Counted from the first letter of the stretch, positions 1-14,791 are shown. The stretch is 64,000 nucleotides of DNA from Owenia fusiformis (GCA_903813345.2 CAIIXF020000001.1:41664001-41728000), one strand, 5' to 3'. Notes: generated from the letters alone by a model not told the origin. Translations and numbers: made by a program.

Positions 1-1194
1 CATAAAACTAAACAATAAATTAGCTCATACAAGACATTAATCCCATCATCTTCCAATAATGTAGAATATTACCATTTTTATAGACAAGTTCAGAAAGTTC
101 AAAGATTTTTCTGAAGAAGATGAAATAAATGTTATTGGTTTTTGGATTAAGTTTATGTGGACAAAAGAACTAATGGGAGAGCAGTGTAATAAATATCTCC
201 GTTGTGGCACGGTGACTTCCTTATGTCAGGACACCTAGTGTGTTATTGAATAAATCCGTGGTCTTCTGCCATTTCTTTAATAACCAAGCTGGGGGTCATT
301 CAAAGTGTGCCAATATTTGTTGACGATTTAACTGACCATTTGATATATAGATGCAGATACATACAAAAATATAACTTCAATGGTGATGTATGTAGACTTT
401 TAGTAGGGATACATAAATACGTTTTTGAATAAGAATATAGAAGTAAAAATAAAAGAAATTTTTGTATATAAATCTGTCATTTAAGAAGCTAAAATCAAAC
501 TATTGAAAAAGAATTTGGGGATTTGAGCATCTAAGACATTGTTGAAAATGACCACTTTTTGTCCTCTTTAGTTAAAGCTTAATGTCCAGCTGTCCCTTTC
601 TCCCATGAATTGATAAAAAGAACTATCAATATCAAAGCACAAACTCTAAATTTCAAGTTGATTTTTATTTATAAATTTGACATAAAAGTGTGTTCCTCAT
701 CAACTATGGAATTTGCGTATCTAGTTATTAAATACAATGTGAGTGATAGATATGTTGAAATTGTTTAACTAAATACTTGTTCGCCTGAATATTTCTGCAC
801 CAGCAAATTGCAAAGGGACAGTTTGCCAAACCAAACATACATACACATACTCCAAAAACCGACAAAGTCATAAATACTTTTTTAGTTCATCTCTTGTTTA
901 TTTTACATTACAAGTACATGTATATATGTTGTATGTCATGTAAACAATCATTGAATCATTTTATACTTCACCAAGCAGAAGCCGGTGTTTATCTATTGGA
1001 TTGAGCCAAATATTTTGACTGATAAGTAAAAGTTTACCCTTTAGTCACACGATACTCTGACTCGATTTTAAAGAATTCAAATGTAGCTTAAGAGGCGGGA
1101 AATGAAGTGAAGTTATTTTCTGACACAGACTGATATGGCAAGATCATAGAATTATCTACAATGTATAGAGTACATAACCAAGTCAAAGTCTTGC

Positions 1195-1367
1195 AAAGGG
1201 TAATTATAGTATAGTAATATTTGTTAAGGAACTTAAAATTATAAATAGTTCAGCCAAGCTTGGTTTACGTAGATACATTTTTCTTAAAAGGGTAATTATA
1301 GTATAGTAATATTTGTCATATTCAGGAACCTAAAATTATAATAAAATTATAGCTAGTTCAGCCAAGC
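1195..1367. repeat. Local tandem duplication (~65-80 bp)
   Basis: aaagggtaattatagtatagtaatatttgt...aggaac.taaaattataa...tagttcagccaagc occurs twice. Confidence 0.8.
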
Positions 1368-4330
1368 ACTTTTCCATTATGATGGTACTTCTTTGGCCAA
1401 AAATAATAAAAATCAAAATATATATTTATTTCGATCAAGTGAACATAAATAACATATCTGTTAACTTGTGTTTTCAATACTTTTTCACATGTGGTAAGAA
1501 TTGAGAATTTAAAAAAAATTTCATTGACTTATATGCCAGTTTACTGAGCCAAAAATAAGCCTTGATTGTTGTTTCATATAATTATATTATACACTTGAAA
1601 CGAACCAATACACATGTCCAGGTCCAAGTAACCACTTCTATTCAAAAATTGTAGTGGAAAATGTATTGTTTTTTAAAAAATTATTTTGAATATTTTTTTT
1701 AGTTATTTTATGATGGTTCATATAGACTCCCTTTATGACTTTGAAGTCATGGACTTTAACCAAATGATAATAAAGATTAAACCAAATGAAGAAATTCTAT
1801 CCTCTACATTTCTATAACAACATAGAAAATAAAAACATACAATTCATGATAGGTATGATCGTCATAGGTCTTTTAATCTCACTCGTTTCATAAACACAAC
1901 ATTTTTATTGAAAATAGCTACCATAAGTAATATTGATTCTAGTTTTTGTGATCATGTTTCCACACAATTATTCAGCAATTTAGAAAAATTGCATAATGAA
2001 TCAGAAACAGTAGTTGCAAATTATTTGAATGAATTGCTTATAATGAAATGTTTTTTTGGATTACCAAATATGGTATTATTTTGTATCTATTCATTTAGGA
2101 TCATGTATATAGACTGACTGGAACGATGGTATTAATGTTGACTATTATACTCCCTTAACTTGATTGATAACTCAGAACAAGATGACTTGATTTATAAAAT
2201 ATTTAAAAAATCAAAAGTAGGTTGATAATTTTAAAATTCGCTTAGACAGAGGTTGGTCATTTAGGGAAATATGACAAAATAGGGCTTGGTCTGAGACTTA
2301 AAGTTGATTAGGGTCTAAGTTAACGAGAGTCCAAGTTTGATAAGATACCAGTGGCCAATTCATCTCTTTAATAAAACTCCAAACTAGTTTTAATGAAATA
2401 ACTGACACTAAATTAACAGCTAATAATCTTGATAACATTTGTATATTAATTGAAAATCATATTTGTTATTAATTTTAAACAAAATTTAATTACTTTCTGG
2501 GGATATATGTCAGATGAATATAAGGGTTATAAGACAATCACTCGTGCGTTAGGATTAAGGCTGTGTCAGTTTGGGTAATGGCAGATGGAACTATAGTGCT
2601 GAGTGGATAACATGCAGTGAATAAACTGTTTCAAGTGGATAACAGGGTGGAATAAACACTTCATTTTTATCACTTCATATCACATAAGATTTTCACACTG
2701 GGGAATAATGTGGAACTGTCAACACATGTCTATTGTCGTCAACCATTGATTAAATTTTTGATGGTTGTGTTTTCAAATACAGAATAGTTGGAAAAAGAGT
2801 GGATTTTGACAGAATTTAAGTATGTAGCTATGACATTGACACTTTAAATTTTACAGAAATGTCTGAAATTTGACTTTTTATTAAGAAACTAGAGAGAAAT
2901 AGTGTGAAAAAAGCATGACTTATGTGAAATTTTAAACAAGGTTGATGACATTTTGTAAAGCAATTAACAGCTCAACCAATAGTGGTCAATAAATAAATGT
3001 GTCACGAGCCTTTGTTGATTCGCTGCAGATTGATTGGTCATCCAAATATCTTAAACTTTTTGACAAACATCAATCCTGGAAAACATAACAAAACAACTTA
3101 CACTACTTCCGATTGTATTTAATTGCTCGCAATAATGTTAATTACGATTTGATTGGTAAACTGGAACAAATGTTAGCGTTTCCTTTCGTAAAGTCACCTA
3201 CATGTGAAATGCAAGCAACGATCATGTATAAACCAACAATACTTTGATACAATACAATAAATCAGATAGAGGATATAAATATAAAGGGTCATATAGGGTC
3301 ACTCCTAAATTAATAGAGGATCATTAGCCTGCAGCAAGGAAGCACCCCACCACTGTCAAGATCACAGCAAGATCACAGGCCATCATAACCGCTTTAAAAA
3401 CATATCGTCATAAAAAAACTCCCTACTGATTAATACAAAAATAGGGTTAAATGCAGCAGCTGATTTGATATCTTAAGGAATTGACAGTTTGGAGCCAGGA
3501 ATTTAGGGTTTCGTGTTCACTTGTCATTTATATGAATGCAAAGAGGAAAGGTAAAAAGGGGAAGTATTTGATATGTCATCACTGAGCAGGGTTATCTGAT
3601 ACCACAGTGATTGATTCTACATCTGACTACACAGGAATGATTTAATTATCATAGAGAAGCTGAGTTTAAGGTAGAAGTTTCAAATATGATTTAGTTGGAT
3701 TTTCATGGCTGTTTTTGATTCATGTGTTAATAATCAATGTTTATTTAGGGTAAGTGGATGGTATTTATTCTCATTAGTTTTTTAACAGTTAATTATTTCT
3801 GATAATCATAAACAATGTCAAGTACAGTTAATACAGTGAACTTGAAAAGTTAGATACCATAGGATGTGTTTACCTTACTTTTTTCTGATCATTATATTAA
3901 TTAAGTTACAGTCAATATTAGAAGGGAATCGGCATAACAAATTATCAGCTCACTGACAAAAATCCCTGGTATGATTCAAACCAATGTAAAATTTGAATAT
4001 TTGGATTTCATGTTGTAGTGAATGATTCCATGTTAATTTATTACAGGTACATTTCAAAAAGGTTTCATGTCTGTCAATTATCATTAACACCTAGGATCAG
4101 CCTGCCTGAATACTCTGAATTGATTTTAATTACCTCAACTTTCCTTGTATTTTACAGTTATATCACACTGATGGGGGAAATGTTCATTCATTGTTTGAAT
4201 ATTATATTCATGTCTTTTGATTTTTCTGAAGGTGCTGATTTTTACAAATTTTAGTAAAGTACTTCTATTCAGATTCAGGTAGAATATATCCCTGTGGGGT
4301 TGTTTCACAATTTGAAAATTACATGTACCT

Positions 4331-4526
4331 TGCACCAAGTTGAAGATCTATTTGAACGAAGTTGAAGATCTATGTGCACCAAATTGAAGATCTTTTTGCA
4401 CCAAGTTAAAGATCTATCTGTACCAAGTTAAAGATCTTTTTGCTCCAAGTTAAAGGTCTATCTGTACCAAGTTGAAGATCTTTTTGCACCAAGTTGAAGA
4501 TCTGTTTGCACCAAAATGAAGTCTAT
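4331..4526. repeat. Minisatellite, 21-22-bp unit TGCACCAAGTTGAAGATCTATT, about 9 copies
   Basis: Directly visible tandem units without spacers. Confidence 0.9.
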
Positions 4527-5252
4527 TTCCTTTATAAGCACATAAACTTTGGGTAATAATAGTCAGATCTTGTAATAGGTCCAATAAACCAAGGAGAGTT
4601 ATTTCTAGAACATTGGTGTAATTTGCCATAGACTGCTGTGAGGAAATTGGAGACTGATTATTACACCCACAGGCTCCTAATTCTAATCTCCAAACGCAAA
4701 TATTTAGCTATTAAAAAGTATCAGATCAAGCTACAGTCTAACGCATAGCTCCGAAAAAATCACGCAATCTGTTTATTTACATGAGCCAATTAATGGTTTT
4801 TCTGTGGCTGTGATCTAGACTTTTACATGTCTACAATCTAGTGCAATCTGACCAGCTAAGGTGATAATTTTTGGAATATAGACTCCTGGTTAGGTCATTG
4901 ATGATTTCATGATGAAAGTGTGATCTCTATTTTCAGGAGTTTATGTTGCTGAACCCCTGGACAGACAATCAGCAGCCATATGTTGAAACTAAAGCTTAAG
5001 TCAGAGAACAAAAAGCACAAAAAGCATCTGGAATTGAGTCACTTTGGATCTGGATGAGATCGACTTATTACCTGCAGATCCCAGCTTTATACGAATGTAC
5101 ATTCTTGACAAAGTATTGACACAAAATCATAATATTTTATTGGAATAGGAAACCCAATCAATGTGTAACTTTAAATGGATATAGGTTGCATATATTGGTC
5201 AGATATTTATTTTGCGATAATTCTACAGAGAGGAGCATAGCCATAAGACAAG

Positions 5253-5484
5253 ATGTCTGGATTTTTGACAGGATGTTTCCATGACGCAGGATATACCTCA
5301 GATGCCCAATCAATCTCAACTGCTCAATCATCTGTGACATTCCATCCACTGAAACCTCCTACAAGGCCTCCCAGAATGCACCACAACATGCGGAAATCTC
5401 CGTCACTACCTCAGACCCGTCGTGATTGCGAACGTATCATCCGCGACTTAATACCTCATGAAGATGAAATGGTCATCGGACCAG
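5253..5484 (+). CDS. Putative alternative first coding exon A of the LIM gene (77 aa, Ser/Pro/Arg-rich)
   Basis: GC-richer, protein-like ORF MSGFLTGCFHDAGYTSDAQSISTAQSSVTFHPLKPPTRPPRMHHNMRKSPSLPQTRRDCERIIRDLIPHEDEMVIGP ends at the strong donor CAG|gtaagt. 232 nt = phase 1, in frame with the 30631 acceptor. A candidate acceptor ctctattttcag ending at 4936 suggests the exon starts at 4937 with 5'UTR. Confidence 0.8.
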
Positions 5485-8400
5485 GTAAGTGTGAAAGTAT
5501 TCTTTGAAGTATATAATTCATATTTATTTTTCAAGCATGGCAAACTTATTTTCTGGTTATTAAGATGAAAAAAGATGTTATGAGGTTCTCACCTAAAGGA
5601 AAATGTGGGTTACTTTGATGGTTTTATTGCAATTTTATCATATTAGGGTATGAAAAATTCAGACACTCATCGCATCTATGTTTCTTGTAAGAGAGATCAT
5701 GTATTCGGCCATGGTGTACCATGCAATGATTAATTTCAAAAGACCAAAAAACATAAATAACTTAATAGCACATTAATTATATCATTGTGGCTTTTCAAAA
5801 GACATTACAAGGCAATTAAAGAAGTATAATTAGGTCAGTTATACATAAGATTGAATTGTTGTCATTCTTATAACTTTCTTTAACTTTTTGAGCATAATTT
5901 TGTTAATTGGGAGAATTAATTATATTAATTGAAATATGTTAAAGTGCAAGGTGCACCAATACATTAGTATAGTTCATATTACACCCCCTGTCTTATTTCC
6001 ATATTATCTTGTTACACTAAGAAGATAATAAAAGAAGATAATTTCAGGGGAGCATTGTAAACAAGTAAAATGAAATAGGAGGAGAAAATATGATTATATT
6101 GTCTACAATTATTTGGCAGTTTCATATTTATTTTCATCTTAATTATCAGATACACAATTAATACCTTAAGAGCAAGAGTTAGCCACCAGTTTTGAGTTCC
6201 CAAATATTCTCCCAGGATTTATCCTTAAATCGCTGTAAAATTCTTCATTTTACAATTCTGATCAAAGTTGATTAATTTTTTTTCATGAAGTACTATTTAG
6301 AATTGAGAAGTCAGGTAGATTCTGAAACTCTCAGAATTTGTTAGACTTGGGATTTGAAAATCAACTCCAATCCAGTTGAGAATCTACTAATATTTATCTG
6401 CATGAAGAAAATCATGAATATTTTGGAACAACTTTGGCTATTTTTGGTCAAATTATGTAGGTTTAAATATTTTGGATATATTGCACCTGAGAAAACCCTA
6501 AGAGTTATCAAATCAGCAGTCATACTGTGAGAGTTGATCTATTTAATCATGCCACTGATTACATTGCGAACACAGTGATTATTACTGCATATTAGGGAAT
6601 ATAAGATAATAGTACATAATACTGATTGGTATAACTCAATAGTTAAAGGCTCCTGTTTTTAAAACACTCATGACCAATTTGTCATGTGTTTTCAAATCTT
6701 ATTCTTAGAATTCATGTATAGATTGTGCTGGTGGGTATTGTGTTTCAATTGAAATTGCAAATATATTGATTGTGCTAGGCTTGATTGTTTTGATTGTGCT
6801 AGGCTTGATTGTCCCTTCTGTTCACTGCTTCTTCTTCCAGATTTAGGAATGATCTGGACATGTTGTCTGCTTTTTGTTAAATCAGTCTGTATATAGGATA
6901 GCAAACATATGATGCATTGACAGGGTGCCATAGGTGTGTAGATAACTGTATTATCTGACATGATGAGCTCTACAAAAACACAAATTCATGACTCTCAACT
7001 CAAGTTGTTTCAAGTTAGGGTATGAAGACAAAATGTGGAAAACAAAGTTAATTTCGTTTTGCTTTAACCCCCCTCCCCCGAAAATAATGAAGACCCCGTG
7101 ACCCCCTCCACTTGACTACACACCTTCTTACACAGATGTAGAAGTGGGGGGGGGGTGAGGGTCACAAGGGCTTGTGGCTAGACTTAATGAAATTTGAAAC
7201 TATTGATTTGCCTATCACTCTATTCATGTATCCCCTCCCCCCATTTGGACCGCATCCCTTTCAGTCATGAACTTGACAAATGAGATATAGTGACTATGAT
7301 TATGTGCAATGTCTTTAATTCCAGTTTGAATAATTTCATTTTGTATGAACATCTTGCCATCAGTTTATTTCTTTTATATCCTTGTTGCAAAAGAGCTGAT
7401 ACTTTTTGTGTAAAGTCATTTCATGAAAGAGAAGAGTATTTGATATTAACAAGGTCCAGTTGAAGTCTTCAGATGTTTAATCAAGTGAGAGAATCAGGAT
7501 TTAGGATGTCTGATATATCAACTTAAATCAGTCTGCTTTGATTTTAAATATCTTCCAGGCATGATAAGCCTTAATTGTACATGTTCAATAGTTTACTGTT
7601 TTGACATCTACCATCTGTTCAAGTTTTAAAGAATCGGGTAAATATCTGGTCATAGAACTAAAAAAACAAAAATTAGGGATTACATGTAAAAACAGACCTT
7701 TCTTGATCCTAAATTTCTAGTAACAAAGAAACTTATTAAAATCTCATATTTTACAAGCAGCAGATTTTTTGATTGAATGATTGTAATTATTTTTCAATTT
7801 AATACTCGTTGCATTTAGACTTCATTTTGCTAATGCCTTTCTGTCAGTTTGCTATTTTTATTTGCCTAATTATAGTGTTTGGTTTCTGTTATTTCCAAGG
7901 TATGTTATAATTTCAAATACAAAATGATACATCTTGGATGAAAACATATAAATAATATATATTTTGTCACTTGGAATGAAAACAAACAGAGAGCTTGAAT
8001 ATCTTTATAAAGGTATATCATTTAATAACTTTGATGTTTACCTTTAACGAAGTGTGCCAGGTACTATTTCCTTTGACAACTATAATTACTCCATCCTATA
8101 CCCATATTTATCTTGTTACTTAGCCATGAACGTATCTTATAAGAATGTTAAAAAGGCGAGAAAATGTTTTCCATTCAAAATGAAGTGAAGCTACTAAGTT
8201 TTTAAACACGATATAGGAATTTGATTTCAGATGATATGGTCTCTGCTTAACTCAAAGTTTTGAAAGGCAACAATCATAGCTTCTTCAAGACAAATAACTC
8301 GAAAGCAGAACTTTTTTCAGTAGTTTCATGAGATTGTTTCTTTAATGAGCCAGTACTTCCAGTACTTCTAGTCAAGCCTGAGCCTTGCTAAAATGGTAAA

Positions 8401-9330
8401 AGACAAATCAATAAAAAGACAATACATTTGATGTATATTTTTATTGGATATGTTTTTTCATAATCAAAAGTTGATTTGTAAATCCATGTGTACATTGTGG
8501 AATACACTCCATAGTTTGAATTATCCATTGTAATTTATTCCTTTACAATAAAGAGGGACTCTGATATTAACCATAATTGGTGAAATTCTCTTTTATGTTA
8601 TATTAGTATATCACAATATTCATTTTTAAAGGGTTCCTATTATTTCATTACCCAAAACTTTTTTTCTTACACTCATATAAATAGCATATCTGTCTCATTA
8701 AATTGAGAAAGATATTGAGAAATACACCCTTTTGCAAATGTTTTTTTCAATCATTACCTTACCTAATGTCTGTGACATGGCAAAACACAAAAATGGAATT
8801 TTTTTCAATTTAACAAAATTTAAATCAAATTGTAACATCTATTAGTACCTCATACACATCCACCAACCTATGACAATGTCACCATAGTTACACATAGCAA
8901 CATTCATTGATTCTGTCATTCCATCATTACCAGTTTGTAAAGATGGCGTAATTGTAGGCCACTTCATTCCAAATTAGCTATCATAATAGCGCCATCTTTA
9001 AATAACAACTTGATCAAAATAACCAAATCAATACTCAGCTTTTATAAATCTATCTGTTGACCAAGCTTGATGAGAGAATAAATAATCCTATTTTATTTAT
9101 TCTATTTCACCCAAGCCTCTTGATTTTATCTCACACTGAAGTTAGAGAAGAGGTGTGGTTTATATATCTACTTCTTTGAGACTAAATATTGAACTGAAAT
9201 GTAGTATGAGTAATGAAAATGATTGATAAATACATCTAACATTTCAAAATAATGTTTCAATTATTTGATTGCTCCATGGTTTGATTACTACATGGGGTTT
9301 CCAGACAACCTATTATACAATCTTAATTGT

Positions 9331-9535
9331 CAGGCCGGTAGCCAGGGGGGGGGGGGGTTCGATGGGCAACCCCCCCCCCTCCGGCCAAAAATCTTTCAAA
9401 ACCTAGCAGTTTTTCACCATTCTGAGCACTTCTTAAGTGATTTTGGCCATTTTTGGAACAAAATTGTCACAAGTGAACCCCCCTGGAATTTTTCAAAAAG
9501 TGAACCCCCCTTGGCAAATCCTGGCTACGGGCCTG
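9331..9535. mobile_element. MITE family 1, complete copy
   Basis: TIRs CAGGCCGGTAGCCAGG / CCTGGCTACGGGCCTG (15/16), direct repeat ATTGT on both sides, internal G and C runs. Confidence 0.85.
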
Positions 9536-11660
9536 ATTGTTTTAACATATTAGTGGTATTTAGTATGAATGATAAGTCCTATGTTATAAAACTAGAACAC
9601 GAGTCCTCAGTTTGTTGACCGACATGATTGATGGCATGTTAAACTTTAAATTAAACAATTTGCATTATTAGGTGAACTACAAAAATCCATTTATGAGCTG
9701 GTTTTTATAATGAAAAGACCATGACTAACGGCTATGTCACGAAAACCTCAAAGGGACATGAAAGGACCATTGATCCGGAACTTTTTTATCAACTGATTTT
9801 ATTTTAACTTAATTATACACGTCCAGTATCACAAGTACATTGATGAACTGAACATATGACATGCTTTTGTATATAGCTGCTAAATGGTGCCTTTGAAAAA
9901 ATGAAAATCATTAAGAAATTTCATTTTTTAGAATCCTTGCCTCAAGATACATCCTTCGATCAAGTGACATGAAAAGAAGATATTAAGTTTTGATTTTGTA
10001 AATGCAAATTTGATTTTGAACGAGACTTTGTGTTCCTAAGTGTGATCTGTTCATTTTTACTACAGAGGAAGAAGTATGTTTTTTCATTATTGTTGATTAG
10101 GCTTGAGTTTATGAAATATATACATGGGAAGGAAATAGTTTGGAAGTAGCAAAGGTTTGGCATTATTTACGAAATCATCATATAATACTATAGGTCATTT
10201 AATGGAATAGCCTCAAGATAAAGAATTTGTTGGATTTGGCGCTGAGTTTTTGACACCATCTTCCAGATGTCAACATAGTTCAATCCATTGTTTTTACCAT
10301 CGGAATTGTGATTGTGAGAAAATATAATAAGAATTCTGTGAAATACATCCAGTGTTTATGTTTGACATTGAACTGTTGTTCTTTTGATTTATATTTAATA
10401 TTTATCAAATGTTGTAGTAATTCTTTCATGTTTGTACTTGTAATTAATGGTAAGGAGTCATTTAAGGGATAAACATGTATAGTGGCTATTTGTGATTTAT
10501 GTACAGTTACATTTTGTATTGATGTAGGCTAAAACTTTTTGAATACAGTATATAGAAAAACATATCCAGAAATTCTTTGTGAACGTTGGTGTTCTATATG
10601 AGTATGACATTTTCTACTTGGTTAAACTGTGGAACATAAAGAGACTTAATGCCTGACCAGCTGTTAGGGTGGCGCATGTGCGCCTATATATGGGTGCAAG
10701 TGTTAATTGAAATATGACAAGTGATACAAGAGCAACTGGTGGCCTATTGTGCACTTGTTTTCTGTTTGACAGCCATGTTTTGTTAACTCCACAAAGAAAG
10801 GTTAGTTTCGTAACAACATTTGCATTTGAGAATATTATTTGACATTTATTTATGATTGAATTTGTTGTTTATAGTTTACTATCAGTGTGCCACTATAAAA
10901 TGATCGATGAAATGCGTAAAGATGACGATCAGAGTTTGAAAAAAAGATCAAACAATTGGCACTTCTGTTATTATACAACAAAAAAGTGATAAACAACATT
11001 GTTGATTTTGCATAAAAATGATGATATTTCCTGAACTAAGAACAACAGGAACTTTAAACCAATAAATCATTGATTGAAAAACACATAATTTATGCTATAC
11101 TTGGAAAATTACCTCTATTTGTAATTTAACTATATTAAACGAGTGCTACGCTCAGACGGATTGTCTGGTCACTGGGGTTCAATGTTCAATGGAATATCAA
11201 TCTGCAATTAAAGGATCAGGAGGGTACGAGAACTTATAAAAGCTGCAGTAAAGCGTATCGTGAATCCACCCATTTATTGTTATATTATTATCGCAGGCCA
11301 GCTGCTGTTTGCTTTTATATGAGGTGGGCCGCTTACTGTCCAGCCGGCCTTTGATCTGCAGAACACAAAAATAGGAAATATATTTTATTGAGTATCAAAC
11401 AAAACAGGATTGTGAAGTTTCTCTCATTAGATGCCATTGTAGTCGTGATTATGATTAAAAATTAATCAGATTTTCTGCTTTAATTAATATGTAAAAACAA
11501 TAACAGAGATTTATAACAATCAAAAGTTCTGATATTAGGTGGATACATTGGATTACAAATACACATTATAGGATTTAGGAAAGTTTTAATGTAGACATAT
11601 TGAATGAACACTTGGAGTTTAAACATGTCATTTAGAAGGTCGAGAAGAAAGTTGAATAGT

Positions 11661-11706
11661 ATGTTTGCAAAGACATGTTTTTTGGACCCAGGACCTAAAT
11701 TATATG
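11661..11706 (+). CDS. Putative short alternative first coding exon B (MFAKTCFLDPGPKLY)
   Basis: ATG at 11661, donor ATG|gtaagt after 11706. 46 nt = phase 1, matching 30631. Short, so a chance match is possible. Confidence 0.5.
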
Positions 11707-12459
11707 GTAAGTTAGAAGATTATTATTATTTTGTATGTTTGAGAACTGGGTTTTGTTACAGTTACTGATTTATCATTATTTCTTGTTATAACTATTTCTT
11801 GTTTTATGAGCAACATTATGTGTGTTGGGGAGCCAGTAGGGGAGGGGGTGGGGGAGGGGCAGTGTGTGTGTGTGATGGGGGGGGGGGGGGGGGGTAAATA
11901 AAGAATAGAATAAAGGTATTGAAGAAAGATGACTGGAAAGTTTCAGAGCCTTTGTCAGTTTTAGCTTTTTGATATCAAATAATGTATTTTGTTCATAATA
12001 TTGTGGCATGACATGTTTTTTCTATATAAACATGTATATGTAGTACCTCTAGTCTTGCATGGAGAAAGTAGGTGGGGAGGGGGCTACAGTGTCTTTATGC
12101 AATGCTAGGTGCTCTAGATATGCATGCAATAAGTGTTTGTCCTATTATCAGTTGGCCTGAAGGAGGAGTCAGAAGTTGCAGCATTTACCTCAGCTATGAA
12201 CCCACTAATAATGTTTTCCTGGGTATATTGATAAAGAAACTGCAACTCCTCCCTAATTACTGAAATGTTTATCTGTTGTTTATGTAAATAAAAGGATTGA
12301 TTGCCACCTTATGGGTCAATTCATAGGAATGGAACTTGCAAGAATAACTGGCACAATCTATTTTTGGAAGTTATATTATAAAGCAGATACAGCTTCCCCT
12401 TCTACTTCTACTTCTCTCTTGTGGGATTGTGTTTGACAAGGGGAGCATAAGAATTGCCC

Positions 12460-12613
12460 TGGGGTTCAGGGGTTTGAGTGAATCCCCTTGTCTAAAATTC
12501 TCTCAAATCATCCAGTTTTCACCATTCTGAGCACTTTTCAAGTGATTTTCTGCCAAAGTTTTAAAATATGAACCCCCTGGAATTTTTTTTGCCCTCAGGC
12601 AAAAGCTGACTAC
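12460..12613. mobile_element. MITE family 1, degenerate copy
   Basis: Shares the core cagttttcaccattctgagcactt...aagtgatttt...gaaccccctggaatttt with the 9331 copy. Confidence 0.65.
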
Positions 12614-13076
12614 CATGTATAAACGTAAACCATGATATCATGGTATACCATGGTCTATCATGATCGGGAAGAAATTACCACCAACTCTGACCATTGTGGC
12701 AAATTATCTGTAGTAATATAACACTACATTTATTTTTAAATCTCTGTTCTATGTTATAAACATCTCTGTTTGATTGACACATCTGTGAGGTGAACACCTT
12801 CATATTCATATTCACCTTAAAAATGAAGGTTTTTCCTAATTCGTAAAATATGAGGTATCTCTCACTAAAATTACAACCAGGTTTCTACTTGAAAACTGTT
12901 AGAAAAGGTTACCTGTGCACCTATCATAGTTTATTATATCTTGTTATAAATACCTGTAACTACAGGTGTGTTACTCTGTCTTTCAGCTTATACAGCATGA
13001 ACATAACATGGCATTTCTGTTTCATGTAAAATGTTTTCTAAGACACAGTTCTCTTCTGGTTAAAAATGCATTTTCA

Positions 13077-13276
13077 TGGGGGGGGGGGTTTGCAGGGTTC
13101 GGGCGAACCTTCCTGGCCAAAAATTCTTTCAAAATCATGCAGTTTTTCATCATTTTGAGCACTTCTCAAGTGATTTTAGCCATATTTGGGCAAAAAATGT
13201 CAAATGTGAACTCCCCCTGGAAATTCTTGAAAACTGAACCCCCCTCCCCCCCTTGGCAAATCCTGGGCACGGGCCT
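13077..13276. mobile_element. MITE family 1, copy lacking the left TIR
   Basis: G-run, shared core and right end ttggcaaatcctgggcacgggcct. Confidence 0.75.
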
Positions 13277-13279
13277 CAG

Positions 13280-13402
13280 ATTGTAAATATGTTGTCACCT
13301 TGTTTATGTTTATGTTTTATGTTTATTGTATTAATCAAACAATGTAATTAGTTTATATGAAATCCGATTTGAAATCGGGAATAAAAGATACATACATACA
13401 TA
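13280..13402 (+). mobile_element. Probable 3' end of a non-LTR retrotransposon (LINE/SINE tail)
   Basis: TG-rich stretch, stem-loop ccgattt-g-aaatcgg, AATAAA, then a (TACA)n microsatellite tail. Confidence 0.45.
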
Positions 13403-14791
13403 TGAGTTACTTTCAAGGGCCATATCAGGGGTAAGTTTCTGAAATCATGTCATATGTGCCATCCATTTGAGCTGTTCAAGGGTATGTCCTATATATCATG
13501 TGTCACTGTTGTATTTCTACTTGGGGAGAGATCAAAGACATTCTAACCCATGTAATCAAATTCACCTTCCCCTGTGGAATGCCTCAAAAATATTAGCATG
13601 CTAACCTAAGTCCCAGTGCTCTAGCCACTGCACATCAGAATCAAGCTCTTGTGTAACACTAATTTATAATGTGAGTCTAATGCACAATAGGCAACCCTCG
13701 GAGACCAGTATTAATGATAGCTGCTGTAAGATCAATCAAACATGACCTTTAATGAAATATCTTTGTTTAAATGGTTTGAAATGCAAAATAAAGAGGATTG
13801 TAGTGAAAGGAATCTGGTGTTAGCAAAGAAATGAGGATATTACTCCAGTATGAGGAAATGCCTTAAATATGGGGATTTTAATCCAACTTTGTCAAAAAAT
13901 GTTGGATAACTGAAACCGAAAAACCCAGACAGGGAAGTATATTTTACCACTGCAAGTTCATGTTCAAAGGGCTTAGAAATAGCTGATCTGTCTTCTACTA
14001 GTAATTTGTAGTCTTGGTAGAGGGACAGCCTGTCAGTCCCTCTGAAAAACAGAGAACACCAAGTGTAACATACATGGTCATGGTTTTTTATTGCATTCCT
14101 GTGAGATATATACACAAAGCATAGGACTGTTAAAGATTTGAAGGAAATATTAAAAATATCTTGTGTTTCTTAACTCTAAGAAACCTGTTGAATTATTTGG
14201 AGTCAATAAATGGATTTGACAACTAATATCATGATATGGGCAAGGATATACAAAATAAAAGGCAAGGGAGAAGTACAGGTTATGACAGTATCTGAGGTCT
14301 ATATTTAAACAAAGCCAGGAAAAATTCAGGAAAACAAAAAATGAGTCGAAAATGTTAACTACTAATTAATGATGATGATTTCTTTGAGAGGTAGCGATTA
14401 ATGATCAACCTGACAATACATGTACCTGTAATGGGATGCCTCATCACATGATGTCTTTCTGGTTCATATAATATTTGGCAAAAAACTGATACTATCCGAT
14501 AACTATGAGCATCAACAATTATAATGTCATCATCAAATATGATAACCATCACATCAATTATGGTGTCACACGGCTTTAGCTAATTACTCACATACAAAAG
14601 GATAATAATGGATATCAAATGAAGGATAACACCTAGGGTATATAAATATATGCAATATAGCAATGGATAAAACACATGAGAATTAGTGAAGTGACATAAA
14701 ATAACTTTGTTTTTAGCTCAAGAGACGAAAGTGTTAAATGCTCAATATTTGCCCAGATGTTTATTGTATTACATAAAATCGAAGAATCAAG

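Noticed and set aside
1786..1852. Phase-1 ATG-to-gtatga segment (MKKFYPLHFYNNIENKNIQFMI)
   Set aside because: Frame-compatible, but extremely AT-rich, intron-like in composition and with a weaker donor.
4331..4526. Regular ~22-bp repeats resembling a CRISPR array
   Set aside because: Units are contiguous with no unique spacers, there are no cas genes, and the context is a eukaryotic intron; it is a minisatellite.
9265..9618. 117-aa ORF, and the similar ORF at 12966-13286
   Set aside because: Both are read-throughs of MITE family 1; their similarity comes from the repeat.
11776..12009. Minus-strand ORF with poly-Pro/His
   Set aside because: Product of G-runs and a (TG)n microsatellite.
13402..13430. 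ATG...GG|gtaagt segment (MSYFQGPYQ)
   Set aside because: Phase 2, incompatible with the phase-1 acceptor at 30631. It shows that chance ATG-donor pairs occur, so the short exon candidates are uncertain.
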